Positions 16,028 through 24,584 of a stretch of 32,000 bases of DNA are shown here, one piece after another. Within the stretch, counting starts at the first letter, position 1, and every line of letters begins with the position of its first letter. Made by a program: the position numbers and the translations under genes. The notes under the pieces are model-generated. The model ran no database searches. It was given only the letters and a program-made list of their open reading frames with translations, and was not told the DNA's origin. The stretch spans positions 1,140,001 through 1,172,000 of the forward strand of contig NZ_CP006867.1 in the NCBI RefSeq assembly GCF_001481685.1, in the 5' to 3' direction. The DNA is from Ignicoccus islandicus DSM 13165. Its GTDB lineage: Archaea; Thermoproteota; Thermoprotei_A; Sulfolobales; Ignicoccaceae.

Positions 16028-16612
16028 TTATAAGTACCTCGCGCTCTTCCTTTTCAGCAAATACGATCTGGCTTTAGTTATTAATTCGAAGAGAGGGTCC
16101 TCGCTGAGGTTCACTGAGAACAACTTCGCTTCGCCATTGTTCCATATAAGCAACGAAGCGCTTCTACTTGGCCATAAGTTACCTCTCCTTTCGATCTTTA
16201 GCGCAGCTTGCAATACTGAGAAAACGGGGTCTTCATCTGCAGAGCAGGCGAGCTTCAAACTACCGCTCTTCAAACCGTTGCCAGCGTATACGACGTTGCC
16301 GCATTTCCCATGACCTTTTTCCTCAACGGTTCCGAATCCCGTAAAGGCATACCAATCACCATCTACGGAAATAGCCAAGGCTTGCCTATACGGCGCCTTT
16401 TTATCACTTAGGAGAACCTCCGTAATTGCTTCCTCTGGACCGTTTACTAATTTAAAAGCGATCTTTTCAGCTAGGCCCCTAGAGGAAAGCCCTTGGACTA
16501 TAGCTATTCCATATTTTGAGTACGCTACGGCCCTCTGGGCAATGTAAGGTCGCGGTGATATAGTTAAGGCAACTATTAGTCCGTCCTTGAATGACGCTAA
16601 CGTGTAAGTCGT
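16028..16612 (-). CDS. DUF1028-family Ntn-hydrolase-like protein; conserved N-terminus lacks a canonical start codon (ACG at the expected Met)
   Basis: The track ORF (16028-16378) starts at an internal TTG. The same frame stays open 95 codons further upstream, to a TAG stop at 16663-16661, with no ATG/GTG/TTG. That region encodes (T)TYTLASFKDGLIVALTISPRPYIAQRAVAYSKYGIAIVQGLSSRGLAEKIAFKLVNGPEEAITEVLLSDKKAPYRQALAISVDG. This fits the DUF1028 pattern (M-T-F/Y-S.., ..RQ.a.vD..G..a..TG.., ..GN.L, ..SA.Ll., ..dLRvdD..dP..EL). GGAGGTG lies at 16626-16620, 7 nt before the ACG at 16612-16610. Confidence 0.6.
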   Translation of the reverse strand, partial: TTYTLASFKDGLIVALTISPRPYIAQRAVAYSKYGIAIVQGLSSRGLAEKIAFKLVNGPEEAITEVLLSDKKAPYRQALAISVDGDWYAFTGFGTVEEKGHGKCGNVVYAGNGLKSGSLKLACSADEDPVFSVLQAALKIERRGNLWPSRSASLLIWNNGEAKLFSVNLSEDPLFELITKARSYLLKRKSARYL

Positions 16613-16737
16613 CGCTGAACACCTCCTTAAAGTAATTAGGATACTATTCCTTCTGAACTGGGCCTCCTGTAAAGACTAGAACATGACCCCGGTATTATTT
16701 GAATTGTAAAAATGGGAGGAGGTGATTTTAAGTAAAA

Positions 16738-17184
16738 TCAGTTAGTTGCCCTTACCAATTTCTTAGCTTTAAGGGAAGCCTTTATCTTCTCCTCTAATTC
16801 AAGTGCGGTCTTCTTAATGATGTCTTGGTGTTTTACCGCTATGTGCGGTTCGGCGTGGTTAGTGTGAATGGGGGTGTGACAAATCTTACAATACCCCTCC
16901 TCCACTATTGGCTCGATTTCTAAGAGGAATGGCATTGCAAGCTTTAGGAGCTTAACTACTAGAGGGGGTCTGGCCTTGCTTACTAATTGGTAGGCGGCGC
17001 TCTTTAATTGAGCCTTTTGAACGTTGTACTTCTTGGAGGCCTCACTAGGAGATTCGTTATTTACTAAGTAATCGTAAAGGGCTTGGAGTACGTCCTTCCT
17101 GTTAGCCAGAGCTTTTAATGCCAGGTACTCCAGAACGGCCCTACGCTCCTCCACGAGCCTTTTCCTATTATCTGCGGTTTGCAT
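16738..17184 (-). CDS. hypothetical helical protein with C2H2-like zinc-finger motif (possible DNA-binding regulator)
   Basis: 148 aa, ATG start with TATA-like GTTTATTAGGG about 35 nt upstream. Helical N-terminal part (RRAVLEYLALKALANRKDVLQALYDYLV). CKICHTPIHTNHAEPHIAVKH gives C-x2-C-x11-H-x4-H. Lys-rich tail. Confidence 0.5.
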   Translation of the reverse strand: MQTADNRKRLVEERRAVLEYLALKALANRKDVLQALYDYLVNNESPSEASKKYNVQKAQLKSAAYQLVSKARPPLVVKLLKLAMPFLLEIEPIVEEGYCKICHTPIHTNHAEPHIAVKHQDIIKKTALELEEKIKASLKAKKLVRATN

Positions 17185-17259
17185 TGCGGTTCCCGTATTC
17201 TACTTCTGTCTTATCCCTAATAAACTCTTCACTTTCGTTGGATATTGGTTTAGCGCCTC

Positions 17260-17757
17260 TCACCTCACCGAAACTAAGACTAAAGTCTTTTTCGTATGGT
17301 CAAAATTAACGGTAAAAAATTTCGATGCTCTTATCCGGATCATTCCGCGGCATAGGTCCTTTATCATGTTTTCGGTGTCAAAAGGACGTCTAGTTCCAGG
17401 AACCCAGTAGGCTAAGGGAACGATTACCTTCCATGGCCCCTTCTTGGCTATCTCGCAAGCCTCGAAGGCACTTAGGTACCAGAAACCACCCATGGGTATT
17501 GCCAATACGTCAGCCGGGGGAAGCTCTGTAGGTCTAGCAATAGGTCCCGCATGTAGTACTTTAACTCCGTTCACGTGAACAACGTATCCTTTCCTGAGAC
17601 CCCTAACGCTAGGTATCCTTAGCTCTGAGAACTTGGGTTCGCATTTCCGAGCCGATATTAAGCAGTCTAGATGGGCGCAATTTATCTTTACTTCGCATTC
17701 CTCGCTTAGCAGCTCGAGACCCAGATCCCCTATCCTAGAGATCCGAAGACCCTTCAA
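17260..17757 (-). CDS. truncated/degenerate metallo-beta-lactamase-fold (UPF0173-like) protein, probably catalytically inactive
   Basis: 165 aa. TTG start overlaps the CBS gene stop (TTGA). GYVVHVNGVKVLHAGPIARPTELPPADVLAIPMGGFWYLSAFEACEIAKKGPWKVIVPLAYW aligns to the C-terminal half of the UPF0173 pattern (..IYHAGDT....DvallPIGG.yTM...EAa.a....Pk.vIPMHY). The Asp (HAGDT to HAGPI) and His (PMHY to PLAY) ligands are replaced, and there is no HxHxDH motif. Confidence 0.55.
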   Translation of the reverse strand: MKGLRISRIGDLGLELLSEECEVKINCAHLDCLISARKCEPKFSELRIPSVRGLRKGYVVHVNGVKVLHAGPIARPTELPPADVLAIPMGGFWYLSAFEACEIAKKGPWKVIVPLAYWVPGTRRPFDTENMIKDLCRGMIRIRASKFFTVNFDHTKKTLVLVSVR

Positions 17758-18542
17758 ATTCTCGAGAGCACCTCTAAAGCCCCTCTGACTAAATTACCCT
17801 CCGTTACCATGCCTACCACTTGCCTACCTATGGTTACTAAGAGCGCCTCCTTGCCCTTATCGATCATTATAGCTGCCGCTTGCGATATAGGCGTCGATGC
17901 GCTAATCTTGAACGTCTCTTCCGCGGCCTCCTCTACGGGTGCCGAAGGCGATAATTCCATTGCTTTCTTCACTAATTTACTCATGCTCACTATACCTATA
18001 ATTTCATCGTCCTTACTTAAAGCTAAGTGACGCGTCCATAGCTCCGTCATCAGCTCCAAGACTTCTCTTATCGAAGATCCCGGTAGGACGAAGGTGCTTA
18101 TTGGACTCATTACGTTTTCAACCTTCTCGAGAGAGGGTACTACTGCTAAGAACTTTACTACGTCCTTCTCAGTTAGTATTCCCCTAATTCTCTCCATGCT
18201 GTCTAAGATTATTACTGAACCTACGCCGTGCTCGATCATCATTTCAACGGCCTTGAACAACGGATCGTCCACGTACACCCGGATCGGTTGGACGTTCATG
18301 TATTCCATTACTTTTCTCTCTTTCAGTTTGTTTACGCCCTCCTTAGCTATTATTGAAGCAACGTCCCTTAACCCCACCATTCCTATGAAGTGACCGCTCG
18401 AGTCCTTAACCGGTAAGTGTCGTATATTGAATTCGATCATTAAGTTGGCTGCAGTTTCCATGTCCGTTTCGGGTGAAACCGTAACAACGTCCTTGGTCGC
18501 GTAATCCATAACTTTAACGTAGTGTTTTCCCCATTCCTCCAA
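17754..18542 (-). CDS. CBS-domain protein (four tandem CBS motifs)
   Basis: 262 aa. Repeated CBS signatures: VMDYATKDVVTVSPETDMETAANLMIEFNIRHLPVKD, YMNVQPIRV..AVEMMIEHGVGSVIILD..GILTEKDV, VMSPI..VLELMTELWTRHLALSKDDEIIGIVSMSKL, and AAAIMIDKGKEALLV..VVGMVTEGNL. TTG start at 18542; the ATG at 18509 (MDYATKDV) is an equally plausible start. Confidence 0.85.
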   Translation of the reverse strand: MEEWGKHYVKVMDYATKDVVTVSPETDMETAANLMIEFNIRHLPVKDSSGHFIGMVGLRDVASIIAKEGVNKLKERKVMEYMNVQPIRVYVDDPLFKAVEMMIEHGVGSVIILDSMERIRGILTEKDVVKFLAVVPSLEKVENVMSPISTFVLPGSSIREVLELMTELWTRHLALSKDDEIIGIVSMSKLVKKAMELSPSAPVEEAAEETFKISASTPISQAAAIMIDKGKEALLVTIGRQVVGMVTEGNLVRGALEVLSRI

Positions 18543-18595
18543 GGCTACACGTACCCTAATTCATACCTTTAGTAGACGTTAGTTAAAGACCGCTT

Positions 18596-19051
18596 TCACT
18601 TCCTTCTAACCAACTTCAGAAGCTCTCGGGGATCGTCTAGCCCGCCCGAGTAAAGCTTTATGTCTAGCACCGGCGTTGAGTCTACTGCATCGAGCCCCAG
18701 AACCTTTAAGCAACAATCAACCTTATCTATAACGTAACATAGAGATAACCCAATGGGGTTTGGTCTGGCTGGGCTCCTTGTAGCGAATACGCCCACCTCA
18801 GGGAATCGCTCGTCGTGAAATGGATGAACTTTAATTGGTTTATCCTTGCTCAAGTGAGCGTACCATATTACCCAGATTAAGGAACCTCTCTCTATTCCAT
18901 CCAATCCATCGCAGTATTCCTTCAGTAATTCTATGGTCGCCTCTTTAGACCTTAGCTCATCTCCTTCCCTGAAGACCTCCTCCTTCCCTTTGACCGCCCT
19001 TAGTTCCTCTCTTCTCCTAACGTAGCCTATTGCGTTACAAACGAAATTCAT
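18596..19051 (-). CDS. trmO: TsaA/TrmO-like (YaeB/UPF0066) SAM-dependent tRNA methyltransferase
   Basis: The ORF opens at a TTG (19072). The ATG at 19051 gives the family-typical N-terminus MNFVCNAIGYVRR. Diagnostic FATRSPARPNPIGLSLCYVIDK and VLGLDAVDSTPVLDIKLY. Confidence 0.8.
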   Translation of the reverse strand: MNFVCNAIGYVRRREELRAVKGKEEVFREGDELRSKEATIELLKEYCDGLDGIERGSLIWVIWYAHLSKDKPIKVHPFHDERFPEVGVFATRSPARPNPIGLSLCYVIDKVDCCLKVLGLDAVDSTPVLDIKLYSGGLDDPRELLKLVRRK

Positions 19052-19146
19052 ACGAGTCCCTTTGTTAGTCAATGAAGCTAAACGATATTCTTAGTGTTCT
19101 CGCGAACTTCATTGAAAAAACGTTAATAACGAAGAACAATATGAGT

Positions 19147-19158
19147 CCCTTAAATACA
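19147..19158 (+). promoter_or_regulatory. TATA-box candidate (CCCTTAAATACA) for the ABC transporter operon
   Basis: TTAAATA box centred about 35 nt upstream of the TTG start at 19188, in the divergent trmO/ABC gap. Confidence 0.35.
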
Positions 19159-19187
19159 ACCATCTGAAACTCTTCGCGGAGAGCGTT

Positions 19188-19922
19188 TTGAATGCAGTGG
19201 AAATCAAGGGCCTGAGGAAGACTCTAGGACGTAAAGAGATCCTCAAAGGGATAAACTTGGAGATAAAGGAAGGAGAGATATTCGGCCTCATAGGTCCAAA
19301 CGGAGCGGGTAAGACGACGACCCTCCGAATAATAGCGACGTTATTGAAGCCGACCGCTGGAATCGTTAAAGTATACGGAAGGAACGTCGCTGAAGAGCCA
19401 GAAGAGGTAAGGAAGCTTATCTCCTACCTTCCCGAAGAGAGTGACGTTTACTTGAGGCTAACTGGCTTAGAGAACTTGAAGTTCTTTGCCATGGTTTACG
19501 CTAAGAACGAAGAAGAGGTCGAGGAAATGATTCGAAGAGGTATTGAGATAGCCGATCTAGGGAACGCAATAAATAGACTAACTAGGACGTACAGTAAAGG
19601 TATGAGAAGGAGGCTGGCGTTAGCTAGGGCGCTAATGGTGAGGCCTCGTTTGGCCATTCTTGACGAGCCTACCTCCGGTCTAGACGTTTACTCAGCTATG
19701 AAGGTTCGGAACTCAATAAAGAAGTTCGTTAAAGAAACTGGAAATACTGTAATCTTGTCTTCTCACAACATGCTGGAAGTAGAGTACTTGTGCGACAGGG
19801 TGGCGTTCGTTGCAAACGGTAAGATAGTGCAAATAGGAACCCCGAAGCAACTGAAGGAAATGTACGGAGCCGAGAACTTGGAAGAAGCATTCATCAAGGC
19901 TGTGGAGGTTGAGGCGAAGTGA
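19188..19922 (+). CDS. ABC transporter ATP-binding protein (ABC-2/NatA-like)
   Basis: 244 aa. Walker A GPNGAGKTT, Q-loop, signature YSKGMRRRL, Walker B LAILDEPTSGLD, H-loop SSHNM. Confidence 0.92.
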   Translation: MNAVEIKGLRKTLGRKEILKGINLEIKEGEIFGLIGPNGAGKTTTLRIIATLLKPTAGIVKVYGRNVAEEPEEVRKLISYLPEESDVYLRLTGLENLKFFAMVYAKNEEEVEEMIRRGIEIADLGNAINRLTRTYSKGMRRRLALARALMVRPRLAILDEPTSGLDVYSAMKVRNSIKKFVKETGNTVILSSHNMLEVEYLCDRVAFVANGKIVQIGTPKQLKEMYGAENLEEAFIKAVEVEAK

Positions 19923-21298
19923 ATCACTTGAAAGCTATACTGTGGAAGGAAATAAAGGACTTATCAAGAGATAGAAAGACACTAATCTCCACCATAGTAT
20001 TGCCAGCGTTCTTGCTTCCTATGATGGGACTCTTGCTAACGGCCGCACAGAAAACGGTACCAATAAAGGTTGTAATAGTGAATTTAGATAACGGTACATC
20101 TCTTCCATTAACTTCCCCACCAACAATACTGAACGTCTTAACTAACAAGTCTCAGCAGAGAATTAATTACGGTGATCTCATTGCTTCTTACTTAAAGAAG
20201 GTTCTACTTAACGTTTCATCGAGCGTTTATATAGAGGTTTACAAGAGTTACGATAAAGTGAAAGACTACGATATACTAATAGTTATTCCTTCGAACTTCA
20301 GTGAAGTGTTATCCGAGATCAATCCATATAATTTCAAGCAAACGCTAGTTAGAGTTTACTTCAGAGCTGGACCCTCAGGAGTTAATATAGCTGGTAGTAT
20401 AGTTTCACAAACGATACTTCGGACCCTTTCAACGCTTTCCCAACAAGTCTTCGGAACTCAGAGAGTCAAGGTATTGTTGGCCTGTTGCGACGCAACGGAC
20501 GTGCCTCCGGAAGCCGTTACGAATCCAATACGAATAGTTAGCGAGTACGTTAGCGTTACTGGCGAAAAGATCAGTGCCAAAGAAGTAAGTAAAATACTAA
20601 CGGCGAAGTTACTCCTGTTCTCAATATTCTATGTAAGCATGCCAGTTGTGGCTTTCATAAGCGACTCGATAGCTGGTGAAAGGGAAAGGAAGACTCTAGA
20701 GACGCTCTTGGCTTCGCCCATTAACAGGAGGAACGTAGTAATAGGTAAACTAGCTGCAGTTGTAGTCCTAGGGCTCTTAGCTGCCGTTGCTGACGTTATA
20801 GGTCTTATTCTCTATATTCAGATATTAAACAGTCAAATATCTTCAATTAACGTGCAAGGAAGCGTTGCTACCGAGGCGTTCACGCTCGCCCTAGATCCGA
20901 TACTGATAGCTGTACACGGTATAGTAATGCTCCTGGTTGTAGCTGCTACAGCCTCCATGTTAATGCCCATCTCAGCTTTATCGGACAGCGTTAGAAGCGC
21001 TCAATCCATAGGCGGCTTCATTCAAATGATACCGCTCCTAGTTATATTCTATGCAATGTATGGCAGCTTAAGCTCTCTTCCCGAGAACTTGAAGATAGCG
21101 ATATACTTGATACCCCACACTTACGCCGTAATTGGAATAGATGAGGCATTGAAAGGTAACTACTTAGGGGTACTAGAAAGCGTTATAAAGATGATAATAG
21201 TGTCAACAGCTTATCTCGCAATAACCATAAGGATCTTCGAGAGCGAGTACATAGTGACCGGAAGTATTTCAAGAAAGAGGAGTCAAGCTGCTCCTTAG
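19919..21298 (+). CDS. ABC-2-type transporter permease with large extracytoplasmic loop (NatB-like)
   Basis: 459 aa. GTG start overlaps the ATPase stop (GTGA). One N-terminal TM, an extracellular region of about 180 aa, then 5 C-terminal TMs with GERERKTLETLLASP, typical of ABC-2 permeases. Confidence 0.8.
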   Translation: MNHLKAILWKEIKDLSRDRKTLISTIVLPAFLLPMMGLLLTAAQKTVPIKVVIVNLDNGTSLPLTSPPTILNVLTNKSQQRINYGDLIASYLKKVLLNVSSSVYIEVYKSYDKVKDYDILIVIPSNFSEVLSEINPYNFKQTLVRVYFRAGPSGVNIAGSIVSQTILRTLSTLSQQVFGTQRVKVLLACCDATDVPPEAVTNPIRIVSEYVSVTGEKISAKEVSKILTAKLLLFSIFYVSMPVVAFISDSIAGERERKTLETLLASPINRRNVVIGKLAAVVVLGLLAAVADVIGLILYIQILNSQISSINVQGSVATEAFTLALDPILIAVHGIVMLLVVAATASMLMPISALSDSVRSAQSIGGFIQMIPLLVIFYAMYGSLSSLPENLKIAIYLIPHTYAVIGIDEALKGNYLGVLESVIKMIIVSTAYLAITIRIFESEYIVTGSISRKRSQAAP

Positions 21299-22008
21299 TC
21301 CTTTTTACTATCGCTTCTACCTTTAAGTAAATCGATTACCTTCTTTATTCCCATTGCCTTCAAGAGCTCTTCGCCCAATACAACTGACGCTTCACCGAGT
21401 CCCTTCTCGGAGAGCGCTATCCCAACTCTAACCCAGTCTATTCTAGCAATTATTGCGGATAACACTAGTGTGACAATAATCAATATAAGAACGCTCTCGG
21501 CCGCTCCTAGGTTGTATTGAGATGATATTTCACCGTACGCGTTTCCAAATACTATACTTAGGAACGTGATAATTACCTTCCCCATCCATACAGCAATGAA
21601 GAATTTAGTTAGAGGGTACCTCGCCACTCCTAAGGGTATGTAGAGGACGTCGTCTGGTAGGGGCAAGGCGGCGAAGAGGAATATGGCAATGAATATTCCC
21701 CTTTTGGCCATACTAGCGAATATATGCATATTGCGTTTAACTTTCTCCGGCAATATTTCGGAAGTGGCGACGCCCGTCAAGTATACAATTACCTTTCCGA
21801 TAGCCGCTCCAAGTCCCCCAACGACGCTCCAAATTATCACGTCCACCAAACTCAACCTCATTTGGGAAGCCATGGCTGCTATTACCGCTAGGTAAGGTAC
21901 TGTCGCGTAAGGTATCGCGTTCCCTACTAATGATATAATGAACACTCCTAGTGGTCCGTATTCTATAACTAGGTTATTTAGGTCCGAAATGAACTCATTG
22001 AAATCCAT
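21295..22008 (-). CDS. DedA/VTT (SNARE-associated) family membrane protein
   Basis: 237 aa. YGPLGVFIISLVGNAIPYATVPYLAV and LPLPDDVLYIPLGVARYP resemble the VTT-domain pattern. 5-6 TMs. Convergent 4-nt overlap with the permease gene. Confidence 0.65.
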   Translation of the reverse strand: MDFNEFISDLNNLVIEYGPLGVFIISLVGNAIPYATVPYLAVIAAMASQMRLSLVDVIIWSVVGGLGAAIGKVIVYLTGVATSEILPEKVKRNMHIFASMAKRGIFIAIFLFAALPLPDDVLYIPLGVARYPLTKFFIAVWMGKVIITFLSIVFGNAYGEISSQYNLGAAESVLILIIVTLVLSAIIARIDWVRVGIALSEKGLGEASVVLGEELLKAMGIKKVIDLLKGRSDSKKD

Positions 22009-22117
22009 CTCTCTTTCAACCGAATCCCTTGAGCGTACGGTTGTTTTTATCTAGGCGGAGTCCGGCGGGGATTCAATTCTTCATCCATTTCCGAAAGCGA
22101 GCTCCCTCGTCATCCTC

Positions 22118-22128
22118 CTTTAAAATCC
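22118..22128 (+). promoter_or_regulatory. TATA-box candidate (CTTTAAAATCC) for purA
   Basis: Centred about 34 nt upstream of the ATG at 22157. Confidence 0.45.
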
Positions 22129-22156
22129 GACAATAGGAGCACAATAGGGCTAATTT

Positions 22157-23176
22157 ATGCCAGTGGACCTAATTGTAGGAGCCCTATTTGGAGACGAGGG
22201 CAAAGGTAAGATTGCGTCATTTATTGCTTTCGATCAAAGGCCGTCAATCATGGTTAGGACCGGTGCTATCAACGCTGGACACACAGTTTACTATCGAGGA
22301 AGGGAATACAAACTTAGAGCTTTGCCTTCGGGACTCGTGACTCATAGAGACGCTGTGGGAGCCGTAGCCCCGGGCGCTCTCATAAGCATAGACGTCCTGA
22401 AAAGGGAAGTTGAAGAGCTGGGCTTAAGTAAGGGCTCTGTATGGGTCGATGAGAGAACGGGAATAATTACGGAGGAACATATCGAAAGGGAGAGGAGCGA
22501 TGCAAATCTCTCAAAGAAGATAGGGTCGACACTAACTGGAGTAGGGGCCGCAATGAGCGATAGGGTATTAAGGAAGCTCAAGCTGGCGAGGGACTATAGG
22601 GACGAAATAGAGAAATTTGCCACTGTCGTGGACCTCCCTCAACTGCTTTACGAGGCGGTTGACGGTTTGAAGGTCGTTCATATTGAAGGAACGCAAGGCT
22701 TCGGACTAAGCTTGTATCACGGTACCTATCCTTACGTTACGTCGAGAGACGTAACCGCTCCGGCGTTGTTGTCCGAAACTGGTTTGTCACCATCCGATGT
22801 AAGGGACGTGATATTAGTTACTAAGGCATACGTTACGAGAGTTGGAGCAGGTCCATTAGAAGGCGAAATCAGCTTAGAAGAAGCTGAGAAGAGGGGACTG
22901 GTTGAGTACGGAACTGTTACGGGCAGGCCTCGAAGGGTCGCCCCCCTAGAGGCGAACCTACACCTACTCAAGAGGGCCGCCAGGGCGAACGGCGCCACTA
23001 AGTTGGCCGTTACCAAAATAGACGTCTTATTCCCAAAGACTAAGGGAATCACATCGTGGCGCGACCTCCCAAGCGAAGTAAAGGCGTGGTTAAGTGACAT
23101 AGAGAAGGAAGTAGGAGTTCCTATTTGCTACGTTGGCACTGGCCCCGATGCCTTAGAAACGATAAAGGCATGTTGA
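22157..23176 (+). CDS. purA: adenylosuccinate synthetase (short archaeal form)
   Basis: 339 aa. P-loop GALFGDEGKGKI, GAINAGHTV, LRALPSG, TGVGAAMSDR, and GTTGRPRR-like GTVTGRPRRV. Confidence 0.9.
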   Translation: MPVDLIVGALFGDEGKGKIASFIAFDQRPSIMVRTGAINAGHTVYYRGREYKLRALPSGLVTHRDAVGAVAPGALISIDVLKREVEELGLSKGSVWVDERTGIITEEHIERERSDANLSKKIGSTLTGVGAAMSDRVLRKLKLARDYRDEIEKFATVVDLPQLLYEAVDGLKVVHIEGTQGFGLSLYHGTYPYVTSRDVTAPALLSETGLSPSDVRDVILVTKAYVTRVGAGPLEGEISLEEAEKRGLVEYGTVTGRPRRVAPLEANLHLLKRAARANGATKLAVTKIDVLFPKTKGITSWRDLPSEVKAWLSDIEKEVGVPICYVGTGPDALETIKAC

Positions 23177-23191
23177 GCTCTAATTTCCTTC

Positions 23192-23203
23192 CGGTTTAAA
23201 AAG
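23192..23203 (+). promoter_or_regulatory. TATA-box candidate (GGTTTAAAAAGC) for guaAA
   Basis: Centred about 40 nt upstream of the TTG start at 23237. Confidence 0.4.
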
Positions 23204-23236
23204 CGGAGATTGCCGACGTTAACGGTGAAGTAGCTC

Positions 23237-23800
23237 TTGGTTAGGGTACTGGTCGTTGCCTTCGGAGGCCAGTACAATCATTTAATAAAGAGAAGTATTG
23301 AGAAGCTGGGCCATGAAGCAGACATGGTACTTTATACAATGAAACCTGACGTAAACAAGTACGATTGCATAGTGTTTGGAGGCGGACCTCTAACTATGCC
23401 CAAAGACTTCGAGAAGGTCAAATGGTTAAAGGAATACTTGAGCTTAGGTAAACCTGTTCTGGGAATATGTCTAGGTCACCAAGTTCTAGCTCTATTAAAT
23501 GGAGGAACAGTAGGTCCTTCGCCGAAGCCGGAATACGGTGACGTCACCATATACGTTGACGACGAAGACGAGATATTAAGAGGATTGGGACCGAAGTTCT
23601 TAGCTTGGGAGAGTCACAACGAGGAAGTGCTAGAGGAGCCTCCCAATAGCGTGGTAATAGCTCACAGCGACAATACTCGAGTTCAAGCCCTCAAGTACCT
23701 TAACGGTCCCTTCTACGGCGTTCAGTTCCATCCAGAAGTCCAACATACACCTAAAGGCAGTCAAGTCTTCCAGAACTTCATATCAATCTGCAAGTCCTAA
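23237..23800 (+). CDS. guaAA: GMP synthase (glutamine-hydrolysing) subunit A, class-I glutamine amidotransferase
   Basis: 187 aa. N-terminus VLVVAFGGQYNHLIKRSIEKLG, nucleophile elbow GICLGHQ, and the His/Glu pair in GVQFHPE. The size and stand-alone GATase match the archaeal split GuaA. The ATP-pyrophosphatase subunit B is not adjacent. Confidence 0.85.
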   Translation: MVRVLVVAFGGQYNHLIKRSIEKLGHEADMVLYTMKPDVNKYDCIVFGGGPLTMPKDFEKVKWLKEYLSLGKPVLGICLGHQVLALLNGGTVGPSPKPEYGDVTIYVDDEDEILRGLGPKFLAWESHNEEVLEEPPNSVVIAHSDNTRVQALKYLNGPFYGVQFHPEVQHTPKGSQVFQNFISICKS

Positions 23801-24546
23801 ATTAACATCTTTACTCCCATAAGGAGCATTAATAATGCAAATAGCTTCTTGAGCTTCGCTCTATCCATCTCTTTCATTAACTTCGAACCTATCTTCGTTC
23901 CTATTATTATTCCGGGTAGGAAGGCTAGAGCCAACTCCCAATCCACGTAACCCCATGCGATCTTGGGAAGGGCTGAGGCAATTGCTGTCATAGGTAACGC
24001 GGCTACACTAGTTCCAATTGCGATCTTTACGTCCATATCGAAAACGAGCATTAATATTGGATTTATTAGAACGCCTCCGGACATTCCAGCTAAGCCCGCG
24101 AACGTTCCAAGCAATACTCCGCTCAGAATCAAAGCAGTTTTCTCTGGAGGCTCAGTTCTAGTACCCTTAGTCTTTGTTACCACTAACGCCGAAATTATTA
24201 TGAACAATATTCCCAAGACCTTATCCATGACTTTCATTTGGGATGCTATTAAGAACAAGTAGTTGCCTATTACAGTTCCGATAACTCCGCCTATGCCCAA
24301 GTAGATGCCTTCCTTCCTTAACGTTCCTTGTCTTAAGTGAAACCACGCCGAAGAGAGGGTGCTTGCAATTATTATGACTGAATTAGTACCAACAGCTACG
24401 GAAGGATCGACGCCCAATAGGAATATCATTGATGGAATTGAAATAACTCCGCCTCCAACTCCAAAGAGAGAGGCGACAACGCCAGTAATGATTGCAATGA
24501 CTAGTATCTCTGCAAACCCTATCAAGTTAGCTTGCATTTCCGGCAA
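23797..24546 (-). CDS. TauE/SafE (DUF81) family anion exporter membrane protein
   Basis: 249 aa, 7-8 TMs. Duplicated G-rich helices (GVGGGVISIPSMIFLLGV and LAGMSGGVLINPILMLVF) are typical of TauE/SafE. Confidence 0.8.
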   Translation of the reverse strand: MPEMQANLIGFAEILVIAIITGVVASLFGVGGGVISIPSMIFLLGVDPSVAVGTNSVIIIASTLSSAWFHLRQGTLRKEGIYLGIGGVIGTVIGNYLFLIASQMKVMDKVLGILFIIISALVVTKTKGTRTEPPEKTALILSGVLLGTFAGLAGMSGGVLINPILMLVFDMDVKIAIGTSVAALPMTAIASALPKIAWGYVDWELALAFLPGIIIGTKIGSKLMKEMDRAKLKKLFALLMLLMGVKMLI

Positions 24547-24584
24547 ACCATCGCGTCAGCTTAGCGTGTATATATGAGTGTTTT

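Noticed and set aside
15996-16313. 105-aa plus-strand ORF
   Set aside because: It lies entirely antisense to the DUF1028-like gene, which has recognisable family motifs.
18236-18242. Perfect C-box (AUGAUGA) on the minus strand; other RUGAUGA-like and CUGA strings were checked as possible C/D-box sRNAs, and T-loop-like GTTCGAA at about 27414-27420 as a possible tRNA
   Set aside because: The C-box is the MMI codons of the CBS gene. None of the candidates has a correctly spaced D/D'/C' box set, and the GTTCGAA has no flanking complementary T-arm or acceptor stem. No RNA gene is supported.
22732-23100. 122-aa minus-strand ORF (and 22342-22581) inside purA
   Set aside because: It lies antisense to purA, whose motifs are unambiguous.
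23963-24577. Two plus-strand ORFs (99 aa and 72 aa) inside the TauE gene
   Set aside because: They lie antisense to a membrane-protein gene. The Ile/Pro/Thr-rich composition is typical of shadows of hydrophobic codons.
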